Position numbers and translations under genes: made by a program. A stretch of 64,000 nucleotides of DNA from Candidatus Terraquivivens yellowstonensis. GTDB lineage: Archaea > Thermoproteota > Nitrososphaeria_A > Caldarchaeales > Wolframiiraptoraceae. The stretch lies in contig JAKCEW010000004.1 in assembly GCA_023539445.1 (NCBI GenBank), positions 16,741 to 80,740 of the forward strand, in the 5' to 3' direction. Shown here one piece after another: positions 30,439 through 39,782 of this stretch. Under the pieces are notes generated by a model, which searched no databases, had not been told where the DNA came from, and saw only the letters and a list, made by a program, of their open reading frames with translations. Each line of letters opens with the position of its first letter. Position 1 is the first letter of the stretch.

Positions 30439-31788
30439 TCATCCTTCCAGTTCTGCACCGAATATATGTTTTGGTAACTTCCAAGGCGACCTTTTCATGG
30501 ATTTCATCATTCTCTTTGATAAATTGTATTGTTGAAGAAGGTGCTTAACGTCTCTCTCTGTCACGCCCGATCCTCTAGCTATACGTCTTATCCTTGATGA
30601 ATCTATGATGTGAGGGTTCTCTCTTTCCTCGGGTGTCATAGAGAGCAGAATTGCCGACCATTTTTCGATTTGGTCCTCAACCTTTTCGAGCTCCTCCTCT
30701 GGCAAGTTGGGAATTCCGGGTAAAGGTAACTTTGATATTATTTTCTTCAAAGGACCCAACTTTTTCATTTCTTTAAATTGTTTTACAAAATCTTCTAAGG
30801 TAAACGTACCGCTTGTAAAGCTCTTGAGTTTCTCCTTGCTAAGCTCTAGCTCGGCGATCTTTATTCTTTCTATAAGACCCTCTATATCGCCTATTCCTAA
30901 GAGCCTACCAATAAAGCCCTGTGGGTTAAATACCTCTATATCTTCAAGCTTCTCACCAGTACCGATAAATTTTATCCGCGCTCCAGTAGCTACCACGGCC
31001 GATAGTGCACCGCCACCTTTCGCAGAGGTATCCATCTTAGTTATTATTATGGAGCCTATTGGTGTTGCTTTGTGAAATGCCTCGGCGTGTGCACCAGCCT
31101 GCTGACCTATCGTTCCGTCCAAGACCAACATTATCTCATTAGGCTTAATACTCTCTTCCAACGCTTTCATCTCTTGCATTAGCGATTGTTGGTCTTTGTG
31201 TCTTCCAGCAGTGTCTACCAATATAACATTGCACCTTTGTTGCTTAGATAGATATTCAACACCCTTTGTTGCTATAGTAACTGCATCACGTTCTTCGGGC
31301 AAACCATATACAGGAATATCCTTTCCATCAAGAAGTTGCCTTAATTGCTCATACGCTCCAGTCCTAAACGTGTCAGCACAGACTACACCAACGGAGTAGC
31401 CTAATTTCTTGAGATAGTTTGCCAGCTTCGCGACCGTAGTTGTCTTCCCGTGTCCCTGTATACCGACGACCATTATTATGTATTGTTTAGATTTATCTAT
31501 GGTAATCTTATGGGGCCTCTCGCCTAGCAGTGAGACAAGTTCTTCATACACTATTTTTATAATCTGGTCTTTCTTGGAAATACCGGGCGGGACTTTTTCT
31601 GTTAATGCCCTCTCTCTTATCTTTTCAGACAGTTTCATTACAAGCTCGACATTTACATCCGAGACCAAGAGGGCTCTTTGTATGCCCCTTATGAGTTCCT
31701 CGACTACATTTTTGTCTACTCCTGGAGACGATATAAACTTGCTTATGGCCTGTTTTAGGAGCTCTCCAAGCGAAGCTATCGGGTTCAA
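30439..31788 (-). CDS. srp54: Signal recognition particle protein SRP54
   Basis: 449 aa; N domain, G domain (GIQGHGKTTT, DTAGRH), Met-rich M domain. Confidence 0.9.
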   Translation of the reverse strand: MNPIASLGELLKQAISKFISSPGVDKNVVEELIRGIQRALLVSDVNVELVMKLSEKIRERALTEKVPPGISKKDQIIKIVYEELVSLLGERPHKITIDKSKQYIIMVVGIQGHGKTTTVAKLANYLKKLGYSVGVVCADTFRTGAYEQLRQLLDGKDIPVYGLPEERDAVTIATKGVEYLSKQQRCNVILVDTAGRHKDQQSLMQEMKALEESIKPNEIMLVLDGTIGQQAGAHAEAFHKATPIGSIIITKMDTSAKGGGALSAVVATGARIKFIGTGEKLEDIEVFNPQGFIGRLLGIGDIEGLIERIKIAELELSKEKLKSFTSGTFTLEDFVKQFKEMKKLGPLKKIISKLPLPGIPNLPEEELEKVEDQIEKWSAILLSMTPEERENPHIIDSSRIRRIARGSGVTERDVKHLLQQYNLSKRMMKSMKRSPWKLPKHIFGAELEG

Positions 31789-31874
31789 GGCTGAAGTAAG
31801 GGTCTGGAGTCTAATAATAAAGGTTGCTCAATAAATATTTATCCTCAATGGATGCGTACTAGAATTGGCCGCGT

Positions 31875-32852
31875 TTGAACGCTAAAAGACCAATCCTACT
31901 AGAGGGCAGCTATGTCGAGGTGGGAGACTATGTGGTATACGCAGTGAAAGGCGTATCGCATCCACCCAAGGGCGTCATAGCTGTGCCAAACTACATAAAA
32001 TTTGGAGGCTCGGTTATTAAGCTGAAGAGTTTCAATTCATCAATGGATTTTATTAGAAGACATTCCCGTGATTTTTTGATATACGACGAATACTTAGGTC
32101 AGGAGGTGCCCTGCATACCTTTGGAGGAGATTACGCGAATTTACGACCCAATCTATGGAAAAAGCCATCTGAAAATAGATGCTGTATCGAGCACCGCACT
32201 TAGGATGGTGGACCTAATCGTTGAAAATTCTAGAGTAGAAAGCGACTTTGTTGGTATAACGGGTTCTGTACTTTTAGGTCTCCATAATGAATCCTCCGAC
32301 ATAGATATCGTAGTTTACGGCATAAATAATTGTCTGAAAGCTTACGAGGCCCTGAGGCTCATGCGTGAAAGCAACATGACCGGATACCTTTCTGGAAATG
32401 CCTTAGAAAAAATTTTGGAATCAAGGTCTGACACATTCATGGAGCCCACCGTATGGGCGAGGCATGAAAGGAGAAAGTTCACAAACGGGGTATTCATGGG
32501 AAGGCCATATACGTTAAAGCTCGTTCCCTTTCCGGAAGAATTTTGGGATAAATATGGAGAGCGTCGTTTTAAAGAAATCGGTAGAACCGTCATACGCTTT
32601 CAAGTGAGTGATGCATCAAAGGGTATATTCACGCCTTGTTGTTATGAGGTTAGGGTAGTCAGCGTGATCGAAGGGCCAGATATTTCGACCAAGATATCTT
32701 CGATCGTCTCATACAGGAGTAGGTTTGCTGAGCAACTTCGTGACGGTGAGGTTGGTGTAGCTTCAGGAAGGCTTGAGATGTCGAGCGATGGAGAGTTAAG
32801 ATTATTCGTCGGAAACAGCTCAAAGGATTTTTTAATGGTTGATTCGTCTTGA
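31875..32852 (+). CDS. Pol-beta-superfamily nucleotidyltransferase, paralog A (N-terminal ~110-aa beta-rich domain + NTase core + C-terminal domain); uncharacterised family
   Basis: 325 aa from TTG; NTase signature GITGSVLLGLHNESSDIDIVVYG (hG[GS]x9-13DhDh) at residues ~128-150; clearly homologous along full length to the next ORF. Confidence 0.5.
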   Translation: MNAKRPILLEGSYVEVGDYVVYAVKGVSHPPKGVIAVPNYIKFGGSVIKLKSFNSSMDFIRRHSRDFLIYDEYLGQEVPCIPLEEITRIYDPIYGKSHLKIDAVSSTALRMVDLIVENSRVESDFVGITGSVLLGLHNESSDIDIVVYGINNCLKAYEALRLMRESNMTGYLSGNALEKILESRSDTFMEPTVWARHERRKFTNGVFMGRPYTLKLVPFPEEFWDKYGERRFKEIGRTVIRFQVSDASKGIFTPCCYEVRVVSVIEGPDISTKISSIVSYRSRFAEQLRDGEVGVASGRLEMSSDGELRLFVGNSSKDFLMVDSS

Positions 32853-33892
32853 GAAAGTTCAGGGACAAAGATTATGTTGAAACGTGTGAAGGATGGTTCT
32901 TTTGTGTAGTGGGCGAAAGTCACCCCCACGATAGACTCGTAGCATATTTGAAATACTTGCCTGGTGATGGGGCGTGGTCTAGACAAGGAAAGAGTTTCAA
33001 AAGAACGATATGCGCTTATTCAATGCAAGAATTGGTTAACACGATAGATTTTCTCAAGAAGAATAAACCCGAATATGTTTTTTATGATGAAACGGTAGGT
33101 GCTGAGATGTCTTGTGTTCCATTAACCAGAATTTCAAAATACTACAGGTGCGACGAGAGACTACGTGAGATAGTAGAAAGTGATAGGTTGGATGAACTCG
33201 AGAGTAAAACTAAGGAATTAGTGGAGTCAATAAGCGAGGTTTCTGGTGTAGACATTAAAAACATGGGCATCACTGGTTCCATACTTTTAAAAATACATCA
33301 CCCAAAGTCGGACATAGATCTTGTCGTGTACGGGAAAAACAATTTTTGGAAAGCTTTACAAAGTTTACACTCAATTAACGATGTTAAACCTCTTGATGAG
33401 TTAAGGTTAAATGAGTGGGTTAGTAAGGCAAGCGCGAAGTATCCACTTTCGACGAATACGTTATCAAAGCTGGCAAAGTTGTTGAGGAATAAATACATTT
33501 ACAAAGGGACGCCTTTCTCGATTCACGGTATCAGATTGGATGAAGAAGTGATAAGAAGCTATGGTGAGGTTAAATATCGTAGTTTAGGTCTCGCCAAAAT
33601 AAGAGCAGTAATTTCCGATGCATCAGAATCCTGTTTCACACCAGCTATTTACAGAGTATCTAACGTTGAGACTGAACAGAAACATGCTAAGGACGTGGAG
33701 GCGTTAGCAAGTTTTGACGGAACATTCACTGCGATGTTTGATGAAGGTACGCGTATAGAGGCTTTTGGAAAAGTCGAGCTCGTTATAGACCTTAGAGGTG
33801 GACGTTCATTTAAGTGGTTACTAATCGGTACCTTTGAGGGGATGGGTAGAGAGTATGTTATTCCGACCGAAGGATTGTCTCTATCTCGCTAA
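32849..33892 (+). CDS. Pol-beta-superfamily nucleotidyltransferase, paralog B (same architecture as paralog A)
   Basis: 347 aa from TTG overlapping the upstream stop (TTGA); GITGSILLKIHHPKSDIDLVVYG motif; shared N-terminal (GESHPHDRLVAY vs KGVSHPPKGVIAV) and C-terminal (ISDASE.CFTPAIY vs VSDASKGIFTPCCY) blocks with paralog A. Confidence 0.5.
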   Translation: MRKFRDKDYVETCEGWFFCVVGESHPHDRLVAYLKYLPGDGAWSRQGKSFKRTICAYSMQELVNTIDFLKKNKPEYVFYDETVGAEMSCVPLTRISKYYRCDERLREIVESDRLDELESKTKELVESISEVSGVDIKNMGITGSILLKIHHPKSDIDLVVYGKNNFWKALQSLHSINDVKPLDELRLNEWVSKASAKYPLSTNTLSKLAKLLRNKYIYKGTPFSIHGIRLDEEVIRSYGEVKYRSLGLAKIRAVISDASESCFTPAIYRVSNVETEQKHAKDVEALASFDGTFTAMFDEGTRIEAFGKVELVIDLRGGRSFKWLLIGTFEGMGREYVIPTEGLSLSR

Positions 33893-35570
33893 GAACCCTT
33901 CTCTGTATCCATACTGGCGTCCAAGGTATTAGGAGTGATGCGTACTTGCCTTTAACAACATTTTCTAGAACACTCTTGTCCCCGATGGATAAGTATCCGG
34001 ATAAAATAGCGCGTGCATACTCCACCGATTTATTTGCATCGAGATAATGCCCTATGTAAAGCACAACTTCTGTCAGGTCCCATGCCTTGTCACCGTTAAA
34101 CGAAGCCTGTTCTAAGTCCGTTATGTAGACCTTATCCCCAGATATTATGAAGTTTTCAGGTTTGCAGTCTCCCAACGTTATATCGTATTGGTGAATTTTT
34201 GCCAATTCTCTCCCGGCCATAAATGCCGCCTTCTCTTGCATATTTTGTTCGTTTTTTGACATCCATATCTGCATGAGGTCTTGTCCCTCAATGAATTTCT
34301 GGAACAATAACTTTTTCTTCCAATTTATGTGGTATATGTCGGCTGTGTTAAAGCCAAGTTCCGCGAGTTTGTTAACGAAGTAAACTTCATTGGAAAGTCT
34401 GACCTCGGCCACGACTGAAAAGTTCTTCACACCAACAGTCCAAATCCTAGCCGCCACCCACTTTAGGTCCGTCCAGTTCAAGTATTTCTTCACGAAGATC
34501 TTCTCTTCTGTATCCTTTGTGTGGATCGTGACTATGTAAGTCGAGTTAAGCATACGGCCTATCTTCCTTATGGATATCTGGCTTCTATCGGCGTCATAAA
34601 CTCGTTCAACAAAATCCAAGATGTCGAAACGTTCTTTTAATTGTTGTTTCCCTATGGCGGTTTTAATGAAGACGTATTCCTCTGGGTCAGGAAGGTCGTT
34701 TTCAGTCTTGTAAAAGAGTGACCGTTTGATCTTTGAGTATAGCTCCTCAGCTATGATGCGCGGATTAAAGCGTCCTGCATAACCGTGCACAAGATACATC
34801 TTAAACATTCTTTCGAAGTCGTAAAGTTTCTTAGCGAACGTACTTGTCTGGTTTAGGGTTGAAAGTACGAACTTGTTGGATAAGCGATAATACTCGCCAT
34901 CCTTGACCAATAAACCCTCAGATTCCAGCTCCGTGAGAGCGGCGTAAAATCCTTTCATGCAAATTTCTGTGTTGACCTTCTTATGGGGACCGGAAAATAT
35001 CTTCGAATAACTGTAGCGCGCCGGCGGATATATCAGGGCCCTTCTTCTCAACTTCTCGAAAAGAAAGTACTCGGGCTGTATCAAAAGTTCACTCGCCGCC
35101 ATCCTATGCTCTAGTATCAGATTATCGCATAGCTCCAGCACAACGTTCTTCTTGTAGGTCTTGTCGAATTCTTCCAAGAGCGCAGCACCTACAATAGGAT
35201 AAAATGGTGTTAGGAGCCTTCCTGCCACGAATTCTCCTAAGGAGCCGTTTGTCACGTCACTCCTCATAGCATTTTCATCAACAGCTAAAACGGATACTGT
35301 AGGCTCAAAATTTCTTAGATAATAGTACTTTATATCTTCCTTGAAATCTTTCACGACGCATAACACATCTAAATCGCTACCCTTTGAAGAATAGCCAGAA
35401 AGTTGCGAGCCATAGATGCAGAGACACGATATGTCATCCTCCTTGAAGATGCTTCTTGAGGCTTCTAGCGCTGTTTGCGTGAATAGCTTTAGCCTATCCT
35501 CTGGAATCGCATACATTCCCCTTATAAATCGGTTACGCTCAAGGTTTAAACTTTTATTCTCGTTCAACAT
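33858..35570 (-). CDS. Fusion protein: N-terminal Pol-beta-type nucleotidyltransferase (KNTase-like) + C-terminal eukaryotic-type protein-kinase-like domain
   Basis: 570 aa; N-terminal IYGSQLSGYSSKGSDLDVLCVV NTase motif; C-terminal kinase-like catalytic loop HQYDITLGDCKPENFII (HRDxKPEN-like), metal-binding ITDLEQ (DFG-like) and a VKK beta3-Lys candidate. Confidence 0.5.
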   Translation of the reverse strand: MLNENKSLNLERNRFIRGMYAIPEDRLKLFTQTALEASRSIFKEDDISCLCIYGSQLSGYSSKGSDLDVLCVVKDFKEDIKYYYLRNFEPTVSVLAVDENAMRSDVTNGSLGEFVAGRLLTPFYPIVGAALLEEFDKTYKKNVVLELCDNLILEHRMAASELLIQPEYFLFEKLRRRALIYPPARYSYSKIFSGPHKKVNTEICMKGFYAALTELESEGLLVKDGEYYRLSNKFVLSTLNQTSTFAKKLYDFERMFKMYLVHGYAGRFNPRIIAEELYSKIKRSLFYKTENDLPDPEEYVFIKTAIGKQQLKERFDILDFVERVYDADRSQISIRKIGRMLNSTYIVTIHTKDTEEKIFVKKYLNWTDLKWVAARIWTVGVKNFSVVAEVRLSNEVYFVNKLAELGFNTADIYHINWKKKLLFQKFIEGQDLMQIWMSKNEQNMQEKAAFMAGRELAKIHQYDITLGDCKPENFIISGDKVYITDLEQASFNGDKAWDLTEVVLYIGHYLDANKSVEYARAILSGYLSIGDKSVLENVVKGKYASLLIPWTPVWIQRRVLSEIETILRSE

Positions 35571-35582
35571 AATGGGATCAGC

Positions 35583-36926
35583 ATGTTGACCAGCTCAGAG
35601 ATCCGAGAACTTCCGAGAAAGCTTGTTAGAAAAATTCTAAGGCTGGGCGCATCCGATGTAGCTGTAAGCTTAAACATATCAAATTCAACGATGATAAGGT
35701 TTTCGAATAACGATGTTACTATATCGAACTCTTTCGAGAATGTTGTACTAGAAATATATTTGGCGTTCAAAGAAAGAAGGGTTACGGGTACCATAACTGA
35801 CTTCTCACAAGCTTCGATTGAACAAACGGTTGAGCGATTGATATCCACTGCTAAGACCGTTCAGCCCTCTGATGTTTATGCCCCACTTCCAAAAGGCCCG
35901 TTCAAGTATGATAAACGTCTCCTGAAAATTGGCAAAGTTGCTATGGAACCGGATGTGCTCGTAGATCATGTGAGTGCTGCCGTAAACTCTGCTCTTTCTG
36001 CTGGTGCTAAAAGGGTTGCTGGTTCACTTAGGTCTATGAGGGGAAAGAGTATACTTTGCACAAGCGGCAACGTGGAGGCCTCATCCACAAAAGATACTGT
36101 TGCACTTTCTGTGAGAGCGTTCGCGGCAGACAATGCCACGGGACAATTTGCGACTGTTGCGGCCGATAGTTCAGAATTTAGGCCAGAAGAGGTTGGTTCA
36201 ATTGCTGGCGAGATAGCAAGGATGGCTCTGAACCCTATAGAGGGTGAGCCGGGAAGGTACGACGCAGTTTTGGGTCCTATGACGTTTGCTCATATTGTTG
36301 ATGAGTTCGGCTCGGCAACCTCGGCCTTTAACGTTGACATCGGCGTGTCCTTTTTGGTTGATATGCTAGGAAAACAGGTAGCTTCGCAAAAATTCACGTT
36401 GATTGATGATCCTACGTTGTACAACACTTACGGTGCCGAGCCCTTTGATGATGAAGGACTACCAACAAGGAGGAACGTGATCGTAGAAAACGGTATCCTG
36501 AAAACCTATCTTCATAATAGCACGACGGCGAAGAGGCACGGTACGACAAGCACAGCGAATGCCGGGATAATAGTTCCTACACCGTTTAACTTGGTTGTTG
36601 GGGCGGGTGACAAGAGTTTCGAAAAGTTGATTTCTGATGTTGATAAGGGCATATATGTAACGAACGACTGGTACTTAAGATATTCAAACTACAGAGAGGG
36701 AGATTTTTCTACTGTACCGAGGGACGGTCTCTTCATGATAAAGAACGGCAGTATAGAAGCACCCCTTAAAGGTCTCAGACTCGTCGGCAACATGCTAAAA
36801 CTCCTGAATTCTATAGTCGCTCTAAGTACAGAAAGGTACTGGATAGAGTGGTGGGAGGTAGAAACACCGGTCTATGCTCCTTGGGCGTTCGTTACAGACG
36901 TTGAATTCACAAAAAGCACTCTTTGA
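35583..36926 (+). CDS. TldD/PmbA-family metallopeptidase-like protein
   Basis: 447 aa; PmbA/TldD family architecture and conserved C-terminal Gly-rich stretches; no partner TldD/TldE paralog seen in the window. Confidence 0.7.
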   Translation: MLTSSEIRELPRKLVRKILRLGASDVAVSLNISNSTMIRFSNNDVTISNSFENVVLEIYLAFKERRVTGTITDFSQASIEQTVERLISTAKTVQPSDVYAPLPKGPFKYDKRLLKIGKVAMEPDVLVDHVSAAVNSALSAGAKRVAGSLRSMRGKSILCTSGNVEASSTKDTVALSVRAFAADNATGQFATVAADSSEFRPEEVGSIAGEIARMALNPIEGEPGRYDAVLGPMTFAHIVDEFGSATSAFNVDIGVSFLVDMLGKQVASQKFTLIDDPTLYNTYGAEPFDDEGLPTRRNVIVENGILKTYLHNSTTAKRHGTTSTANAGIIVPTPFNLVVGAGDKSFEKLISDVDKGIYVTNDWYLRYSNYREGDFSTVPRDGLFMIKNGSIEAPLKGLRLVGNMLKLLNSIVALSTERYWIEWWEVETPVYAPWAFVTDVEFTKSTL

Positions 36927-36935
36927 ATGTTCTAA

Positions 36936-37418
36936 CTATAATTTGTATCCTATCTTCCTTAGAAATTCCTTCCTCTTCTTTATGTCCTCTTCCCCTTCTA
37001 TTCCTTTTGATTTGTAACCATCGATTACACCAAGCACGCCCCTGCCCTGCTCCGATTCGACCACAACTATCTGAAGCGGGTTTGCTGTAGCTGCTAGAAT
37101 TGTGCAGACCTCGGGCACTTCTTTCAACCTATTTAGCACGTTTATGGGATACATGTCTTTTATGAAAACCAAAAACGTATGACCACAACCAATCTTGAGC
37201 AAGGTTTCGGCAGCAAGCTTCCTTAGTTCTTCGTCTGTACCTTCATGTCTGATGAGACATGGGCCGCTGGCCTCGGCAAACGCCAGACCAAACTTCGCCC
37301 CTGGTACGGAATTCATTATAGCCTCATAAATATCCTCCACACTCTTTATGAAGTGCGTTATACCAAATATAACGTTACAACCTTCAGGTATCTTTACGTC
37401 CACTATCTCCATCTTCAA
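36936..37418 (-). CDS. Conserved archaeal small protein, COG1839 / 'adenosine-specific kinase'-like family (tentative)
   Basis: 160 aa; family recalled from memory (GCGHTFLVF motif); no independent motif support. Confidence 0.35.
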   Translation of the reverse strand: MKMEIVDVKIPEGCNVIFGITHFIKSVEDIYEAIMNSVPGAKFGLAFAEASGPCLIRHEGTDEELRKLAAETLLKIGCGHTFLVFIKDMYPINVLNRLKEVPEVCTILAATANPLQIVVVESEQGRGVLGVIDGYKSKGIEGEEDIKKRKEFLRKIGYKL

Positions 37419-37517
37419 CTTACGTCACCAAAATAACCAAAAATTCACAGTTTGATAAAAACATTCATTTTCAGTCACGACTAAATTTATTATTGCCCAA
37501 GTTTTTAACTGATATAG

Positions 37518-38666
37518 ATGGTACCTGTCAAGACGGGTGTCGCTGAGCTACCGCTGCATTCTGGCCATGCGCCGAGCTGGCTTATAGAGAGGATGAGAAA
37601 GCTTGCAGATGCTATAGTCACTGTTATCGTCGAGAGCTACGATACAGGAGAATTTCTCAGAAGAATTTCTGATCCATTCTGGTTCCAGTCATTTGGCTGT
37701 GTCCTTGGTTTTGACTGGCACTCAAGCGGCCTGACGACTGTTGTAACCGGAGTTCTCAGAGAGTGTTTAAACTTCGATAAACATGGCGTCATGGTAGCCG
37801 GTGGAAAAGGCTCAAAAAGCAAAAGAACACCTGAGGAGTTGAAGTCGGCGCTCGTTTCGCATGGATTTGATGAAGGAAAGGTAGAGTATTTGCTACGTGC
37901 GAGTAGATTATCCGCAAAAGTTGACAATGCGCTCGTCCAAGATGGCTATAATCTTTACCATCATGCTATATTCGTGGATGAAAAAGGAAAGTGGGCTGTA
38001 GTCCAACAGGGTATGAATGTGTCGGATGGATATGCAAGAAGGTATCACTGGCTTGGCGAATCTGTGAAGAGCTTCGTTGTCGAACCACACTCTTCCATAC
38101 TTAGCGACGGCGTTTCATCCATTGTTCTTAACATGACATCAAGAAAGTGTGAGGATGCTAGGAAAGTTTCCGTTGACCTTGTATGCGAATCGCCACCGAA
38201 ACTGATACGTATGTTTAATGCTCTAAATAAACAGGAAAGTTTGACCAAATGGTTGGGTGAAGAAACTGGCACTAGGATTGTGGAAAAAGTCCCAGCGTAC
38301 CTTCATATGCCTAAGAGGGTGAATTGGGATTTGTTGAAAAAGGTGTACGAGTCCAAACCAAGAAATTACGAAGAACTTATTGAAATAAGAGGTGTTGGAC
38401 CATCAACTGTCAGGGCACTGGCTCTCATCGCTTCGCTCATATTCGGCGCAGAAGTCGACTGGAGAGATCCTGTGAAGTATAGCTTCGCAGTAGGCGGAAA
38501 GGATGGTGTGCCATATCCCGTATCAAGAAGGACTATGGACGAGGTGACGAAGTTCTTAAGAGAAATGATCGAGGCTGCTGAGCTGGAGAAAGAGGCTAAG
38601 TTTGAGGCCCTTAAAAGGCTAGCGCGTGCTGAGCAAATAACGGTGCTAGAATTCGCGCGTGATTAG
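37518..38666 (+). CDS. DUF763-family protein with C-terminal HhH-like segment
   Basis: 382 aa; resembles the DUF763 family as remembered; IRGVGPSTVRALALIASL HhH-like element. Confidence 0.4.
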   Translation: MVPVKTGVAELPLHSGHAPSWLIERMRKLADAIVTVIVESYDTGEFLRRISDPFWFQSFGCVLGFDWHSSGLTTVVTGVLRECLNFDKHGVMVAGGKGSKSKRTPEELKSALVSHGFDEGKVEYLLRASRLSAKVDNALVQDGYNLYHHAIFVDEKGKWAVVQQGMNVSDGYARRYHWLGESVKSFVVEPHSSILSDGVSSIVLNMTSRKCEDARKVSVDLVCESPPKLIRMFNALNKQESLTKWLGEETGTRIVEKVPAYLHMPKRVNWDLLKKVYESKPRNYEELIEIRGVGPSTVRALALIASLIFGAEVDWRDPVKYSFAVGGKDGVPYPVSRRTMDEVTKFLREMIEAAELEKEAKFEALKRLARAEQITVLEFARD

Positions 38667-39719
38667 AAAATCTGTTAGTGCCTTGAGCTTTCTCTTTGCA
38701 AGCGTCTCTGGTAAAAGTTCATCCAATGCCTTCCAAGATTCGCTAACTAGCTCCTTGGCAACCTTGCTTGCATATTCTACCGCACCGCTCTTCCTTATCA
38801 GAGCAATTGCCTCTTTTATTAGCCCGGGCTCATTCGTATGTAACGAAAGGATTTCCTTAAGCCTTTTCGCCTCATTCTTCGGCAAATGCTTCAACGCGTA
38901 AATCACCATCAACGTCCTCTTGCCTTCCTTTATATCGCCTCCTATCTCCTTGCCGTACTTCGCCATATCGCCTACGATGTTTAGTATGTCATCCTGTATC
39001 TGGAAAGCTATGCTAAGGGATTCTGCAAAGTTTTTCAGACCCTCTAAAAGCCTGCGATCTGCACCGGCCATTATTCCGGCTATACCGACCGCCATACGCG
39101 ACAATGAACCAGTTTTGAAGGCACACATTTGCATGTAGTGTTCTTCAGTGATTTCTTCGACAAGTCCTTTATGCCAAGCTATATCCATTGCCTGACCCAG
39201 ACTCAACCTAAGCATTTCCTCGACATAGCACTGCATGATCGCCAGCGTCTTCTCGGGAGGTATTTTTTTATCGTTCAGTAAGCTTAGGAGTGGAAGGTAG
39301 TACATCAAGTTCCCAACGTTGACGGCTATGTCAACACCATAGATTTTATGAATGCATTCCTTGCCACGTCTAAAATCTCCGTTATCTTCTACATCATCAA
39401 TTATTAGCGTGCCGTTGTGGATGATTTCAGGTATTATAGCTATGTCCACTATGTCCTCGACTTTTCCACCTAGCGCCTCGTACGTCAGCAAAAGCAAGGC
39501 TGGTCTCCATCTCTTTCCACCCCTATCTATCAAATCCCAAAACGGCTCAGATATTGCCTTGGTCAAAGATTCAGGTTCGTATGAAAACCTCGGCACCCCG
39601 AACAGCCTAACGGCTTCCTCTTCTGTAAACTTTCTCGGCATGTAACGCTCTATTGCCTTCTCGACAAGCTTAGAATATTCTTTCAACATATTCAATACTT
39701 GCTGTTCTATTTCCGTCAT
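38646..39719 (-). CDS. idsA: Polyprenyl (geranylgeranyl/longer) diphosphate synthase, trans-isoprenyl diphosphate synthase family
   Basis: 357 aa; first and second Asp-rich motifs (IIDDVED; IQDDILN). Confidence 0.8.
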   Translation of the reverse strand: MTEIEQQVLNMLKEYSKLVEKAIERYMPRKFTEEEAVRLFGVPRFSYEPESLTKAISEPFWDLIDRGGKRWRPALLLLTYEALGGKVEDIVDIAIIPEIIHNGTLIIDDVEDNGDFRRGKECIHKIYGVDIAVNVGNLMYYLPLLSLLNDKKIPPEKTLAIMQCYVEEMLRLSLGQAMDIAWHKGLVEEITEEHYMQMCAFKTGSLSRMAVGIAGIMAGADRRLLEGLKNFAESLSIAFQIQDDILNIVGDMAKYGKEIGGDIKEGKRTLMVIYALKHLPKNEAKRLKEILSLHTNEPGLIKEAIALIRKSGAVEYASKVAKELVSESWKALDELLPETLAKRKLKALTDFLITREF

Positions 39720-39782
39720 GTTTTCGAATACGCTTTTCTATATCAATAGTATAAAAAGCTTAGGATCACCTAGTTAGCGTAA

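Noticed and set aside
31875-33892. Assigning NTase paralogs A/B to CD-NTase (cGAS/DncV-like), Pol X or AbiEii families
   Set aside because: The position of the GS...DxD motif (~residue 130) and the protein size superficially fit CD-NTases and Pol beta. But the N-terminal region looks beta-rich rather than a helical spine, there are no HhH motifs, and AbiEii has its NTase motif near the N-terminus. No assignment is justified by eye.
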